Of a DNA stretch of 64,000 bases, positions 1 to 13,285 are shown piece by piece (the stretch's first letter is position 1; every line of letters starts with the position of its first letter). The DNA is from Saccostrea cucullata (taxonomy: Eukaryota). The DNA lies in contig NW_026930396.1 in assembly GCF_032062105.1 (NCBI RefSeq), positions 186,001 to 250,000 on the forward strand. The letters are read 5' to 3'. The notes under the pieces were generated by a model that did no database searches, was not told where the DNA came from, and worked only from the letters and a program-made list of their open reading frames with translations. The translations under genes were made by a program, and so were the position numbers.

Positions 1-4
1 GCTC

Positions 5-823
5 TGTGGCAACGCACTTTGAGAAAATTACGCACTTTGAAAAATTTTTCAAAGTGCGTTAAGAGTATACATAAACATTTTCTAACCATGGGGACATTTA
101 ACGCACTTTGGAAAAAATATGCATAAAGCAAAAATTCTAGACTTATAGATTTTAGTAATTGAAAAAATCAATCTGTAATAATTATGTCTTTCGAAAAACA
201 TTTTGATTTACATGTACTCATTTAACTCATTGAGAACAAGGAAAAGACGAGTAGAAGGTCTCTCAACCCAACTCTTTTTTTCTTCTTATACATTGTACAA
301 TGTACATAGCTGTCGGAAGCAAATTGAAAGTGGATCCCCCAAGGTAAGCCCCGATTTTCAATGCTTATATTATGTATATCTTTGCAAAACATTTGTGTGA
401 CTAGCTCCCCCAACCCCCGGTACAGATGTCTATGCTACACCCAAATGTATGTATTTGCATAACTGGTATGACGTTGAAAACTTTTAATAAATTTTAGTTT
501 ACATATATAATGCATGAAAACTGGAAAAAATTAGGTACAGTAAAACATTTAGGAGAGAAAATGTTTTCAAAATATGGAAAAATCACTCCCTTTCACATCC
601 TGAAGTGACCTCGTCACGGATGAGTTATCAAACAGATTCAATTATTTATCATACCTACGATTTGCAAGCCATACATATTTTTTCAAAGTGCGTTAATATG
701 GTCGATATTAACGCACTTTGAAAAGAAATTTTATTTTTTCAAAGTGCGTTGATTCGGTCCCAAATTTAACGCACTTTGAATTTTTTTTTCAAAGTGCGTA
801 ATTTTTCAAAGTGCGTTGTAACA
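5..823. mobile_element. Non-autonomous TIR element (MITE-like) with TGT...ACA ends and repeated AACGCACTTTGAA subterminal motifs
   Basis: The left end TGTGGCAACGCACTTTGAGAAAATTACGCACTTTGAAAA (5-43) is the near-perfect reverse complement of TTTTCAAAGTGCGTAATTTTTCAAAGTGCGTTGTAACA (ends 823). The left flank ..GCTC and right flank ATGCTC fit a 6-bp TSD cut by the window edge. Confidence 0.75.
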
Positions 824-1069
824 ATGCTCTTGCGTATCGAATCATCTGAGAGATATAACTCCAGTTGCAGGTGATGAAGGTGTAGTCAGGGCAGCTGACG
901 AATGAAAAGTTTAAGTCATCACCTTTATCATAAAGCTTTGTAGTTAGATAACCATTAACGTCTTTTGCAAGTATAATATCTAAATATGAAACGGGTGTGT
1001 CAGACTCTGTGGTATCTGTAATTTCAAGCTTACCAGGATATATCGTATCGACATAAGAATAGAAATAAC
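824..1069 (-). mobile_element. Penelope-like retroelement RT fragment (3' part), interrupted by other elements
   Basis: Translation YVDTIYPGKLEITDTTES..SYLDI..TTKLYDKGDDLNF..YISQMIRYARA matches the other RT copies in the window. It continues upstream at about 2580. Confidence 0.8.
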
Positions 1070-2579
1070 AACTAGGAGACTTATTGTTCAAAGAACAATA
1101 AGAGGTCTTTCCACCTTTTGAATTTCAATTTCATTTAATATTTATCTATTTAAAATTAAATTTCATAAAAAAGAAGACAATGAATGGCTTAAAAGAAGAA
1201 AAAAAAATGAAAATGATTTTTTTTTTTAGGTGACCTTGACCTTTGACCTTCAAGTCATATTCAAGGTCAAAGGTCAAGGGTCACATTGTAATTAACCCCA
1301 TGTCTCTATGACTTACAGTTTTAAAGTTATAAGGTTTAATAGTAAGCACAAAAGAATTTAAGGGCAGTAACTCGTTCAAGGAGTCACCAGATCCTTTTGC
1401 ACTTGAACATAAAAGTTTTGCCTAAAGTCCCATAAGACATTAGCGAAGTTTTCATGTCTTTGCGGTTTACAGTTTTGGAGCAATAGCAATAAAAATGTTT
1501 TTTCGCACAAGGGGCAATAACTTTTAATAGGGTCAATCTTAAGGGACAAAAATGAAATCTTTGACACAGTTTTAAGAGTACATATTAATGATGCATAGAC
1601 ATTAAGCATATGTTAAAAGACAAAAAAGATATAAAAAGAGATAAATTTCTCAGTTTTGGAATGACCTTGACCTTTGACCTTTACATGAATTTTAAGCTCA
1701 AAGGTCAATGAATCTTATGCAGTTGGTCTCATGTCTCTACATTTTCTCTTTTTAAAAATTTTTTAATTATTTGTAAAATTCAAAGACTTTCAGGGGCAAT
1801 AACTCATTGAAGAAGTCACCGAAGACTTTCGCAATGAATAGATTCCAGAATCCTCTCAATTAGTCGTAGACTTTAGTTAATGTTTCATATTTGTACGGTT
1901 TACGGTTTCGAATTAGTAGCAATAACAAGGTTTTTCGCGCAAAGGGCGATAACTTTTAAAAGGTTTAATTTTAGGGGACAAGAATGAAACCTTTGAAACA
2001 GTTTTAAGAGTACATATTAATGATGCATAGACATTAAGTATATGTTGAAAGACAAAAGAGATACAAAAAGAGCTAATTTTCTCATTTTTGAAATGACCTT
2101 GACCTTTGACCTTTACATGAATTTTAAGGTCAAAGGTTAAAACTTATGCAGTTGGTCCCATGTCTCTACAACTTCTTGTTTTGAAAATTTTTAATTATTT
2201 GTAAAATTCAAAAAGTTTCAGGGGCAATAACTCATTGAAGGGGTCACCGAATACTTTCGCAATGAATAGATTGAAGAGTCCCCTTAATTAGTCGAAGACA
2301 TTCGTAAAGGTTTCATACCTCTGCGGTTTACGGTTTCTGAGGAGTAGCGATAACAAGCATTTCTTGCGAAAGGGGCAATAACTTCGAAAGCAGTCAAGGT
2401 TCATTTACGCAGGGTCAATTGCAAACATCTTTTATGCAGTACATTCCTATGAACTATAAATCTTTTCGATATATCTTCAAACAAAAAAAACATGCGGCGG
2501 AAAAATAATAAAAAAAAAAAAGAATAATAAACAGAAGAATATCAATAGGTCTTTCCACAGAAAGGTGGAAAGACCTAAT
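1070..2579 (-). mobile_element. Helentron-associated (HINE/DINE-1-like) non-autonomous element with about 430-bp internal tandem repeats
   Basis: Terminal hairpin CTTATTGTTC-AAA-GAACAATAAG (about 1080-1102). The subterminal motif AGGTCTTTCCAC occurs at about 1103 and about 2547, with its inverted partner GTGGAAAGACCT at about 2565. The internal unit recurs (TGACCTTGACCTTTGACCT at about 1232, 1662 and 2094). The element splits an RT fragment. Confidence 0.7.
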
Positions 2580-2910
2580 TAATTGACAATACGTCGTCGA
2601 TATAGCTAAAGGGCCACAGCAAGCGTTTTCTTCTGGGGATTCCAATAGTTTGTTGGAAGACAAGATCTCCAAAAACCACATATATATTGTCAATCAGAAA
2701 CTCAAGAATCCTTTTAATATCAACTTCAGAGTACTTGTATGTACAATAAGAATGTTTTTTAACAAAATAATTTTGCAAATGACCAATGACAAGGTAGATA
2801 AATTTACGAGTTTAAATTTTATTGGAAAAAGCAGCTGTCAATGATATCAAAAAGCCTGGACTTTAACTTAGCGTGGGAAATGGTTATTTATAAAGTTGAT
2901 TGTTAGAAAA
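2580..2910 (-). mobile_element. Penelope-like retroelement RT fragment (5' part)
   Basis: QNYFVKKHS..YSEVDIKRILEFLIDNIYVVFGDLVFQQTIGIP...YIDDVLSIN, containing the RT catalytic YIDD motif and an internal deletion. Confidence 0.8.
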
Positions 2911-4272
2911 CAATATCATTTCAAATTTTCTTACAATTTTACGTAAGGTTGCATACACATAACTTTATTTAAAATCACTTTTTTTTTCTTTCACTTCTTT
3001 CACTTCTTTAACTACTGCTGTTAATCTTTTCTTGGAGAAGAACATGATCAGATAGACAGAACATTCCGTTTTCACATTGTTTGGAAAAATCCTAACAATT
3101 TGTATGAAAAAAAAAGTCAGCCAAAATACTATACAATGATTGGTTATATTTCATACTCGTAAGAAAACCGTTATATAAACGAAGAAAGAATTTTCAAAAT
3201 ACTGACTTTAGATGAGATTGTTGAAATATCTGTAACATTAACTTATTTGTCTATGGCCTGCAGCGGTTTAGAAATTGATCGTTCTTGGAGCATCCATGCT
3301 TTGAATTATCTAGTAATTTTGGAGACGTAAAAATACTAGTTTCAATTTATTATCTATTTATTTAGTTTCGTTTTTGTCCATGACATTATATAACTGGCTT
3401 TCAGTACAAAATATCATCGATTTAATAAATATGCAATAGCAATCCAAACATACGTTGTCGCTCGGGGAATCGTTTGTGAAATTGCAATACTCTGGGAAAA
3501 ATCATTGTCATCAAAACTTTGATATTTTTTTCTCATCTAATATTGTATGCCTTCATTACTTTTTATAATCTTTAATGTACAGTATTAATTCTGCTTCGCG
3601 TTGATTATTCAATATGATCTAAAGGCTATTACACAGCGTTACTAGAGCAAAACTTGAGGTCATATCCTGAAGAAGTTAATTGTAGATTGTTAATGATTTC
3701 GAATACAGAATATCTTCAGATTACTTAAAACCCAAGTCCTCCGATCCCTTAAGCCCTATTGTGGTCAGTTTCATTAAACTTTTCATTGAATTCAGTTACG
3801 GAATGTTATATGGACATTCAAAATACTACCAAAGTTCTAATTTAAAACTCACAATGATTTTATTCAAAATATCTTTATCTATCTTTCACTTATACGCTTG
3901 AAAGAGATTAGAAAGTTCAGTGAAATCTTGATTTTACAGTTCTAATTAGAAACCTCAAATGAAAGTAAATGGTAAGGGCTAGGGATAACATTGTATGTTG
4001 GTCATTTACACGGCAATAAAATAGATAAGCTATCGGACTGGCTTTATGTTACTTTGTAAATAAAGATACTAGAAACTTTCAAGTGTAAAAAGCAGATGAA
4101 TTTCAGATCCATGTAGATTTGGATCACTGTAACAGAGAAAAAGATGGAATGAATATTTTTGTGTAGGGAAAGGAAAACATATTGATAGCTTTTAAAGCAT
4201 GTCAAATATGTTGTTTTGTTGCATTAGCCAACAAATTTTAAAGCAAAATGTATTTTTGAGACACATTTATGA

Positions 4273-4366
4273 CCCACTATCTAGCCAAGGGTTCCTTATA
4301 CGATACTCTCCTCATGAACTTATGAGGAGAGTATCGTATCAGAAACCCTTGGCTAGCGAAGATGGG
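4273..4366. repeat. About 90-bp palindromic mini-element (hairpin MITE)
   Basis: CTAGCCAAGGGTTCCTTATACGATACTCTCCTCAT-gaactt-ATGAGGAGAGTATCGTATCAGAAACCCTTGGCTAG is a near-perfect inverted repeat. Confidence 0.75.
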
Positions 4367-7300
4367 CCAATTCTGGAGTTATTCTTTTAGGTTACAATTT
4401 TGAAAAGGGTTAAGTATCTACTGTGATCGGGCAGATAGTGTGTGTGTTAGATATCTATAAGAATAAATATATCTTTCATAAATGTAATTTCTATATTCAA
4501 TAGAGGACAAAATTAATCCCATTACTGGCCTGAACCAAATACCATGGGGTTAATGATTCTGTATTTTGTTGATGGCTAATTAAGTGTTGATCATAATAAT
4601 GCAAATAGGTTTCCTGACATACACAAAGAAGATTTTAAAGTCATTTATGCCCATCTTCCTGATACTCGCACTAAAGGTTGCTCTGTTTGATGTAATATTA
4701 CACTATCTGATACCAACACAACACCGTTTGAAGTTGAAAAAGGTCATTTATTATCAAATGACAATTTTGTAAAACTATTACAAAAATGAAAATGTAGTTT
4801 GATAGATTTACATTTATAAACCTTGCAGTGATACCAATATTACATGTTCAAAACATTACTGTATAAAATTTTTACATCAAATATAAAAAAATAGCATTTT
4901 GTTAATGTACACATATAATCATTTTAGACACGTTAAAATCTTGGGTTCTGAACTACTTATAATTTTGTCATAACAATTTGCCCACTAGTCGTCCTTGAGT
5001 CAAGGAAAAAAAATTCAAAGGTTTAATGTATTCAGTTTATGATAACTTAATCGGCAGAAGCCTGAAGCATGAGCCATGAGGCATGAATTTCACAATTTCA
5101 AAAAATTGTAAGGGGGCATTCGGGGCTTTTAGTGTTTATCATAATCATGGAAATCGTTTGCATGGGAAAAGTCTATGAATAGAGAAAAACATTTTTTTTT
5201 CAATCTTATGATGTATTTTCAATATGACCGATAGCCTTAAGGTCTGAAATCTATGAAACTTCATTTTTGTGTACTTATTTTTATAATCATGCCAACAGTT
5301 TATCTGCAAGAGATAGAGGAGTAAAGAAGATTGATTTTAAAATATTTTTAAAAAATATTTATTCATTTAAAATTCAAAATCGGTCTAACCTTGGATTATT
5401 ATAGAGCCTGAACACTGTAGGAGTAGATGATTTTTTTTAAATTAAATGTCGACTTATTTTATCATACCGACAGCTTATCTGCTATATTCCCAGGTGTGAA
5501 GAAGATCTTCGAAGATTGCATTAATTTTCTAGGTTTTGGCCCGTACCCTCAGGCCCGCAGGGGGACAGAGACCTTATAACAGGAAGTTAATTGTGTCGTC
5601 TTTATTCGTGAATGCTACATTCATTTATATGCCAAAATTGGTTGAAATTGTTTCAGCATCTGAAAATTTGATAGAATTTACAACCATCAGATGGCGTACA
5701 ATACCAAAAAAACAAGTTTACCAGTAATCATAATCATAAAAATTAATAGTCTTGAAGAAGTTTTTATTCGAACTTTTTGTGGCCGACACAATTTTGAAAC
5801 TCTATAAAGAACATTACATTGTATCACATTTCATGTACTCAATGGTGCATAAAAAAGGATTTCCTATCTGATTTGAAAACAGCTTGTTTTTCATTTTCAA
5901 AGGAGTGTCAATGGGTAAAAGAATCCATAGCTGAGATATAATATTATCGTTCATTTGAGTTTACAGCAGATGTTCGGTTGTTGTAACTTGTTGAAATAAC
6001 AGGCTGCGTTAACCTTATGAGTTAGCATATTCTTTAAATATACATTAAAAATAGTTCCCCAGTTCTCCATTTCAAGGGAACGCCGTTGCAGAAAGTGGTA
6101 GATTGAGTGAGGGCATTTTACAAGAAACTGGATATTCTTTAAAAATGTAACGCTATTATTTTTTTTTTATGAAAGTCGTGCATTTTAGGGAGGAATATAC
6201 AAGTATGCAATCCCTTTACAGACCAGTTCCGCGTTTGAAAATTTAGAGTATGAATTACAAGAGACGTGACACATTGTTAAGAAGCTTAACGGCTTACTTA
6301 TAGGCAGTCATCATTTCATTATTTATATACCTTTATTGTCGTATTGACAATGACACACCAAACATATTGGCCAATCCAAAGAATTTAAAAACACAACCTT
6401 TCTCAGTTGTTATATGAATTAGGGCAGAACTATTGTGAATTTTTAAATAGCTGTAATTTCTTCTTTGTTATCTGTGAAATGAAAAGAAATGAAGTCTGGC
6501 CCCTTTTTTGACTTCGAAATGATATTTGATGTAGAGACGATATGCTATGAGCCCGACACTTCTCTATCGTAAAAGACTGAAAAGTTATTGAAATTCTTCC
6601 TCTTACTTTATACAGCGATACAGAAAAATGTTGTCAAAAACAACCAACAAATAGGTGTTAATCTTAACTTAAAAACAATATTAAGAATTAAATACAGCTT
6701 GTCCTTCATTGTATCCTAGGTATAGAATCAGAACATTTCTCCATCGTTTAGCATTAAGGAAAGGAGGTAAACAGAACGGAATTTTTGCTCTCAATGTCTT
6801 AATTGAAATAATTTTTTTTCAATAATACAAAGCAAATGTACATCTTTCAGTTATGTTGAGGTTGAAAATCGTTTCAAATACTGAGATTAATCTTCATTGT
6901 TAGTTAAGTCCTATTTCTTATTATAAAATTAAGGTGTAACCAGGTGATTCCCTGTTCTTTCTGTGCTCTGATGTGTTGAATTAATTTTTTAAGACATATA
7001 TAGAAAAGCCATATGCATAAATTGTCATTTGCATACATAACATTAAACATCCTATTGATTGCAGACGACAAACTCGATTTAAAACACTCAAAAGCAACTA
7101 TAGCATTAATCGTAAATTTGTATGTATTGCAACGTTTCACACGTTAATATTGTCACCCAATGTGAAAGATTTGAATCAAGTAGTGTTTCATTAAAGTTTT
7201 CATTACACTTTTCTTTATCAAATGTAAACAAAACAAACCTTGGTTCCATTAAGTGCAGTAGCCATTTAGAAACTGGTTAATCAATCCATTGGAAGATTAT

Positions 7301-8916
7301 ACGGTAACTTATTACGGTGCTCCTCTCTCCGGGGCGTGTATACCAGTTTATAAAGAGTTGGTATATGTGTAAATATTCTTAAATTACCCGAAAAATCCTC
7401 AGGTAAACTTACAGAAGCGTGGATTGGTAACACAATAGTCTTATCACACGACTGCTCAACAAATCCAATTGACGGTCCACATTAACATAAGCACTTTTAA
7501 TCAAATATGTTTTAGTTATCACTAATTAATTTAACGACTACTTCTCCGCCATTTTTTTAGGTGAATACACCCAGGTTCTTCTGAGTGGAACTTTACACAG
7601 CTTTTTTCCCCTGAATTTCAATAGTCCTACCGTATCGACCCAAATTCCTTATGAATGAATGACAGGCATTTAAACGAAACAAGTCCAAAACACGTTAAAA
7701 CTGACACAATGAGAAACCAGCAGATTCCGAGGTTCGATCGAACAGGTAGAAGTGATTGGAACGAGGGAAAGGGAAAGACCGATAACGGGAATAAGGAGAC
7801 AGATTTGACCTGGCGTGGACAGGGAAAGGAAGTTTATGTTTTCTGACGACCGGGGCATTAAGGATACATTGTATACACTGATAGCACAAGGTGTCAAAAA
7901 CAGATAGGCGGATCTAATGTCGATTGGAGAATACAAACTTGTAGTTAATTTTAATGTACATGTATATATGGGGATTGTATATAGAATACGTTGAAAATGA
8001 AGCTTTTTTCAAATTGAATGACCCAAGATATACTAAGTAGAGTTATTGTCAACTAAAATATTTGTACTGACAATCTATTAAGTAAAAACAGTTTTATTGT
8101 ATTAAATCTTTATCGAATAATTTTGTTAGTTTGTTCATTCTTTCTAAAATCATTGCATTGGTCTATACATTTTATGGACAAACGTTGTAAATTGTTATAT
8201 TGTATAATTTCATATTAAATTTTAATAAAAATAAATTAGACACCAATGAAAATTCATTTTTTGTGTTCTAAGTTATCCGACCCATAATAGCCTCAGATTC
8301 AATGAATCTGAATGCATAACAGATATATAATGGCTGAATACTCAGTATATGTAGACTTGATCTACATTCATTAATTGATTACTGCTCAGATAATTACCTT
8401 TTTTGAAAATTTCTCCTGGTGAACCCTTTTCTATAATAAACTCCTTTGAATTAGTTTCAGAGTATTTTATACAGGATGGATATTTAAGTTTAGAAAATTG
8501 TATGCCCTTATATGGGTCGGATATCTTAATTGATTGTAATCATTTTTATTTTGGTAGTTCAGAATATATTTTCTAATGATGCCTTCGGGGAACCTAAACA
8601 CCTTTAACATTTATTTTTTATTTACAATTATTATTGAATTACAGCAATGAATATTATTTACATTATTATCGGCCGCAGCAGCGGCCGATCTATTTGTGGT
8701 TGTGTTAGAAAGTGCACATGGGGAAATGAGACGTTATTTTTTATTACTTCACTTAAAATATTTTTTAAATGAAAACAAGTCAAAACATGAAGAAAAAAAA
8801 TATCTTAAAAATTTGCTTTAAACTTAGCATTAATTGTTGTTGTTATGTTTCAATTTCATTATCATTTCTCATCAGATAATTCATAATTTATTGTTATATA
8901 AAAAATGTTTACAATA

Positions 8917-10270
8917 TTCAATTCATTTATTGACAACACCATCATACATTGGCATATAGTCATGAATACAACAATTAACATACATAAAATAAAATATCAA
9001 AGAAAGCATATCAGGTTTGTTGAAGGTTTTCTTTCCTAATATCAAAGCACTTTTTCAAAAAGTTACAAACTCTCCTAGCAGTTCTAATACTTGTAGGATT
9101 GATAATGTCAATAATAGGGTTTTCCTTCATGTAACATTGTGCATTGAATATATCGTAATATTGTAATCTACATTGATCATAACTAGGACAATAAAGTACA
9201 AAATGGTTTTCATTTTCAATAAAAAATTTACAAAAATGACATACACGTTTTTCTCTAGGAATAGGTGGCCTTGAGTATCTCCCCATTTCAATATGTAGAG
9301 TATGAGCACTAATTCTTAGTTTTGTTAGGATTGTCCTTTCAGATTTCTTCAATGGTAATTCTAGATAGTCTTGTAATTTATATTCATTTAAATCAATTAT
9401 ATTACTATAAAAAGTTAATTTCCCAGAATTTGATTTAGAAATGTTCTTTAATTGTTCACTGATCTTGATTCTATAATGTTCATCTAATTTATATTTAAAA
9501 GTTTTATGTGATATGTCCAATGAGGGTAAAGACAATTTCTGTTGTAGAGTATAAAGCTTTCTTTGCCAAGATATTCTAGATCCCAGTGTTTTATCTTCCT
9601 TAAATGCAGACACCACTAACTGGTCATTATAATCATTTTCTCTCTCTAAGTTTTTCAGTCTTAAATAAAATTTATACATATTTTCATAACACAAATAAAA
9701 TAGTGGGAACTGTCCCAACTCATATAGAACAGCAATATTAGATGATTTTCTATGAACACCTAAAATGTCTTTAAAAATCTGGTGTTGTATTTTTTCAAAT
9801 GGAAAGTGATCTGAGGATAATAAATCACATTTGTAGTCTGCTATCCAGATTTCAGAACCATAAGTTAAGATTGGAGTAATCATAGATCTATAAAGTTTAA
9901 GCATTGTCTTTACAGAAAAATTTGTATTAGCTGGAAAATTGGTTTTTATAGCATAATAAGCTTTTCTAGCTCTTTCTGACAGTTGTTCTGCTGAGAATTT
10001 CATTTTTCCATCAGATTTAAACACCAGTCCTAAATATTTATACTGATTTGTTATTTCTATACGGCTATGATTATAGTAAAACCAATACTCATTTTCACAA
10101 TTTGTACTTTGAGAAAAAATCATAATATTTGTTTTTTCCATGTTCACACACAATTTCCAATCATGACAATATTTACCTAAAATATCTATACATTTCTGTA
10201 AACCACTAGGTGTCTCAGATACAAGAATAAGATCATCAGCAAAAAACATGTTGTTAATAGGCATTAACTC
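8917..10270 (-). mobile_element. 5'-truncated non-LTR retrotransposon (LINE, RTE-X-like) with an open RT C-terminal ORF
   Basis: The 417-aa ORF (10264-9011) begins at the RT FFADD motif and has YKYLG, PILTYGSEIW and the C-terminal LRISAH..GRY..CxxC..ENENHF..C zinc motif. There is an AATAAA plus a (TGAAT)-type tail. Candidate TSD TACAATA at 8910-8916 and 10271-10277. Confidence 0.88.
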
Positions 10271-12618
10271 TACAATAGATACTCCCCAGCTTGGGAGTGT
10301 GTAAGATATGAAAGGAAATCGTCATGATTTTCCGGATAATAATGACGTGGTAAAAGTGCACGGTGAATAAAAATTGAAAAGTTTTTCAACTAGTAATTTT
10401 TTTTTGAATATGCTCTGTAGCTGCAAATGACACAAAGATATTTTTTGTACATTTTGCACCGCGGCTTACAGCATATAGCCTACTCGCAGAAACCATGGGC
10501 ATTATCATGATTATCGCGTGACCAAAATCCAGGGTATCAACTCATGGTCCTACATCTTCATTTTGATGACAATAAATTCTTATCATTTATCGTTGACTTT
10601 TTTTTTTAATCGACGAATTAACATGAGCAAGTTCGGTAAAATGTCTATTTATTTAATTTTTAAAATATTTAATTTGCTTTGAAGACGGCCTGAAATAAAA
10701 TGATTCAACTATTTCACCTTTGAATATCTTGATAAGTTTTCCTTGCATGGACGCTTTTAGAATTGTGAAAGAATTTCTTTTAATGCTAAACTTTGTTTGC
10801 GGCCGATTTGATGCTTTGCATCAATTTTACTTGTCTTATATTTCAAATGCATTTGATAAAGTCAAATCCATGCTCTTGTCAGGGTATAAATAGTAAATTG
10901 TCAATAGTGGGTAGGAGTGGGGTTCTGTTGATAAAATCTTTGACTCTGGGGTTGAGGAAATCATCCCCCACTACCACGGACAGACTCACACACTCTGTCT
11001 AAAGGTATCTCATTTGTGAGACATGCGTGTTCTTCTGTTGGGTAAGCACCGCACAAAGCGAATGTGAAAGACTACATATATATTAGTGTGAACTTCGTTT
11101 CAAGCTAAGTGAAAGAATGACTAAAACTTTGATCTAAAAAATTGTACATGTATGTCGAAAATAATAAAGTAAAATTTAAAAAAGACATTTCATTACTGTA
11201 CTGAACTTGTTTTTGACCTTGGTTTGAAATAAGTATGTACTTACATGTATCATTATTAATATCAATAAATTGAAGAATAATATTGAAGTGAGTACATTTA
11301 AAACGCACCTATTGTACATGTAATCCTTATAAACGTTATAGTTTGAAAACATATTTGTTTTGTTTGATATTGTTTGATGTAAACCAAAGAAACAAATAAA
11401 AATGTTTTTTTTTTCTCGGTTTTTATTATTTTATTTTTATATTTTGAACTATAAATATGATCCAAGATGAATGAATAACTAAGTAACACAAAAGTAAGAT
11501 TCTAAAGAAAATATAGGAATTTTGATTCTTTACTATTTTGTTTAACAATAAATAGCATGGACCTCTCCTTTATTCCACCAACCCCTATCCATTCTAATTC
11601 CCTCAAATTAAATACATTTGTCAGAGGAAGGTTCGATAACTCCTGTAGAATCTGATAAATTAAATATAAGATGTAAATACATTCAGGTCATCAGGTTATT
11701 TTCATGCACCATATACATAAACTAAAATATTAAAAATTCTTTATATGTTTGATTTATCAGCAAGCTCCATTTATCAAAAGACTATCTTTAAACTTTAAAT
11801 TTTACCCCTTTTCAAAAATTTACATATATATGTACTATAACATGTATAAGGTGTATTAAAAAATATATCAAACATTGTTTTCATCAACAAAAAATGCAAA
11901 TGTAATTTTGAAAATCATGCAAAAAATTTAATTTACGTACAACCTGTAGTTTTCTGGATAACACAAAACTCCTGTTATAACTTGCATTCACATCTGTACA
12001 CCGCTTATCTTGGGTAAGTCAACAATATGGGGGACATAAACAGAATATATTACACGGTATCAGAGGGTACAAGGTTCCTATGGTGTATAAGTTTTATAGT
12101 ATCCCCATTCACAATCACGTGCGCCAATTATACGTACCAGAATAACGATTTTTTCAACTGTATACACGAGATTTCTTCCTTATGATATCTATATAGGTTT
12201 AACATTCGCCGGCGAAATGAAATCTGCTGATTGAGGTGTGAACTTCCTGGCTACTTCTCACCTGTGTACGGGAAACTGTAATGTGTTTCACAACACCAAA
12301 GAATCTCAGGTAAATATTGTGTTGGAGAGTCTGAGCATATAAAGAGAATTGTATGTGTAACCCGAAAAAGGAACTTTGTACATTTCGTTTTAATATAATT
12401 TCAGCGTGAAATGTTTGCTCAAGGGTAAGTATGTATAAAAAGGCGTGTCAACATAAACTCTATACGATATTATACCTGTGTATGTTGATAAGATGTCATT
12501 TATTCAATTATGTCCTTACTGCCTTCGACGTTTTTTTCACAAATGCATATTCCAACCCCATACAATTCATGTATTTTGAAAAAAAAAACACTTTTTTGTT
12601 CGTTTATAAAAACAGTTG

Positions 12619-13285
12619 ATGACAGCCGAAGTAATGTCTCCATCAACAACAGTCTTATCGACAAACGAAACAGCAACAACAACAACAGGAACAACAATAA
12701 CAACAACAACAACAACAACAACACCAAATACCCCGGCACATCACGGGCTTCCAGAGGAAGACGTCGAAATCATCATCATCGTCATTTGTATCGTGGCTGC
12801 CATTGCTCTCTCTGTTCTTATTTATACACTATACAAGAAATTAAGGTAAAAACTCAGCTGTTTTCGATTTCAACTTCATTACTCATGTAAACAAGTGTAA
12901 ACAAACTAAAGGGGGGGGGGGTAATAAGTTCTTTGTTTTTCAAATGTAATTTTTGATTTTCCACAGATACTCAAAATCGTGTGTGAGGTTGAAGAATTTA
13001 ACTAGACGAAGATCCTCCACAACTGGAAGTCATCATCCACTGGAGCCTGATGAAGTGGAAGATCTCCCGCCCCCGAGAACTGAACGAGAGTTGTTCTCTA
13101 TTGGTGACAATGACGACATTGATACACGATTAGGTGGAGCAGCGCCAGACGATGGATATTTCTTTGATGAAATTTATGAGAAATCAGCATTTGTTGACGA
13201 AGTCACGAACTCTTCATTAAAAGAACTTAGAATTCCAACAGAAAATGACAATGTACCAGATTTATTATTTAGGTCACCTCGGTAA
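12619..13285 (+). CDS. Small single-pass membrane protein (about 181 aa) with a Thr-rich ectodomain, TM helix and acidic Tyr-containing tail; 2 coding exons
   Basis: Exons 12619-12845 and 12967-13285 join in frame through a GT..AG intron (phase 2; 546 nt total). Poly-Thr stretch, then TM IIIIVICIVAAIALSVLIYTLY followed by KKLR. A likely upstream UTR exon is at 12405-12424. Confidence 0.72.

Noticed and set aside
7655-7936. Overlapping short ORFs in a slightly GC-richer patch
   Set aside because: No recognisable domain or convincing exon structure.
12500-12890. Poly-Asn (12510-12890 +) and poly-Leu (12500-12739 -) ORFs
   Set aside because: These are alternative frames of the (ACA)n tract. 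Only the poly-Thr frame gives a TM helix and splices in frame to the next exon.
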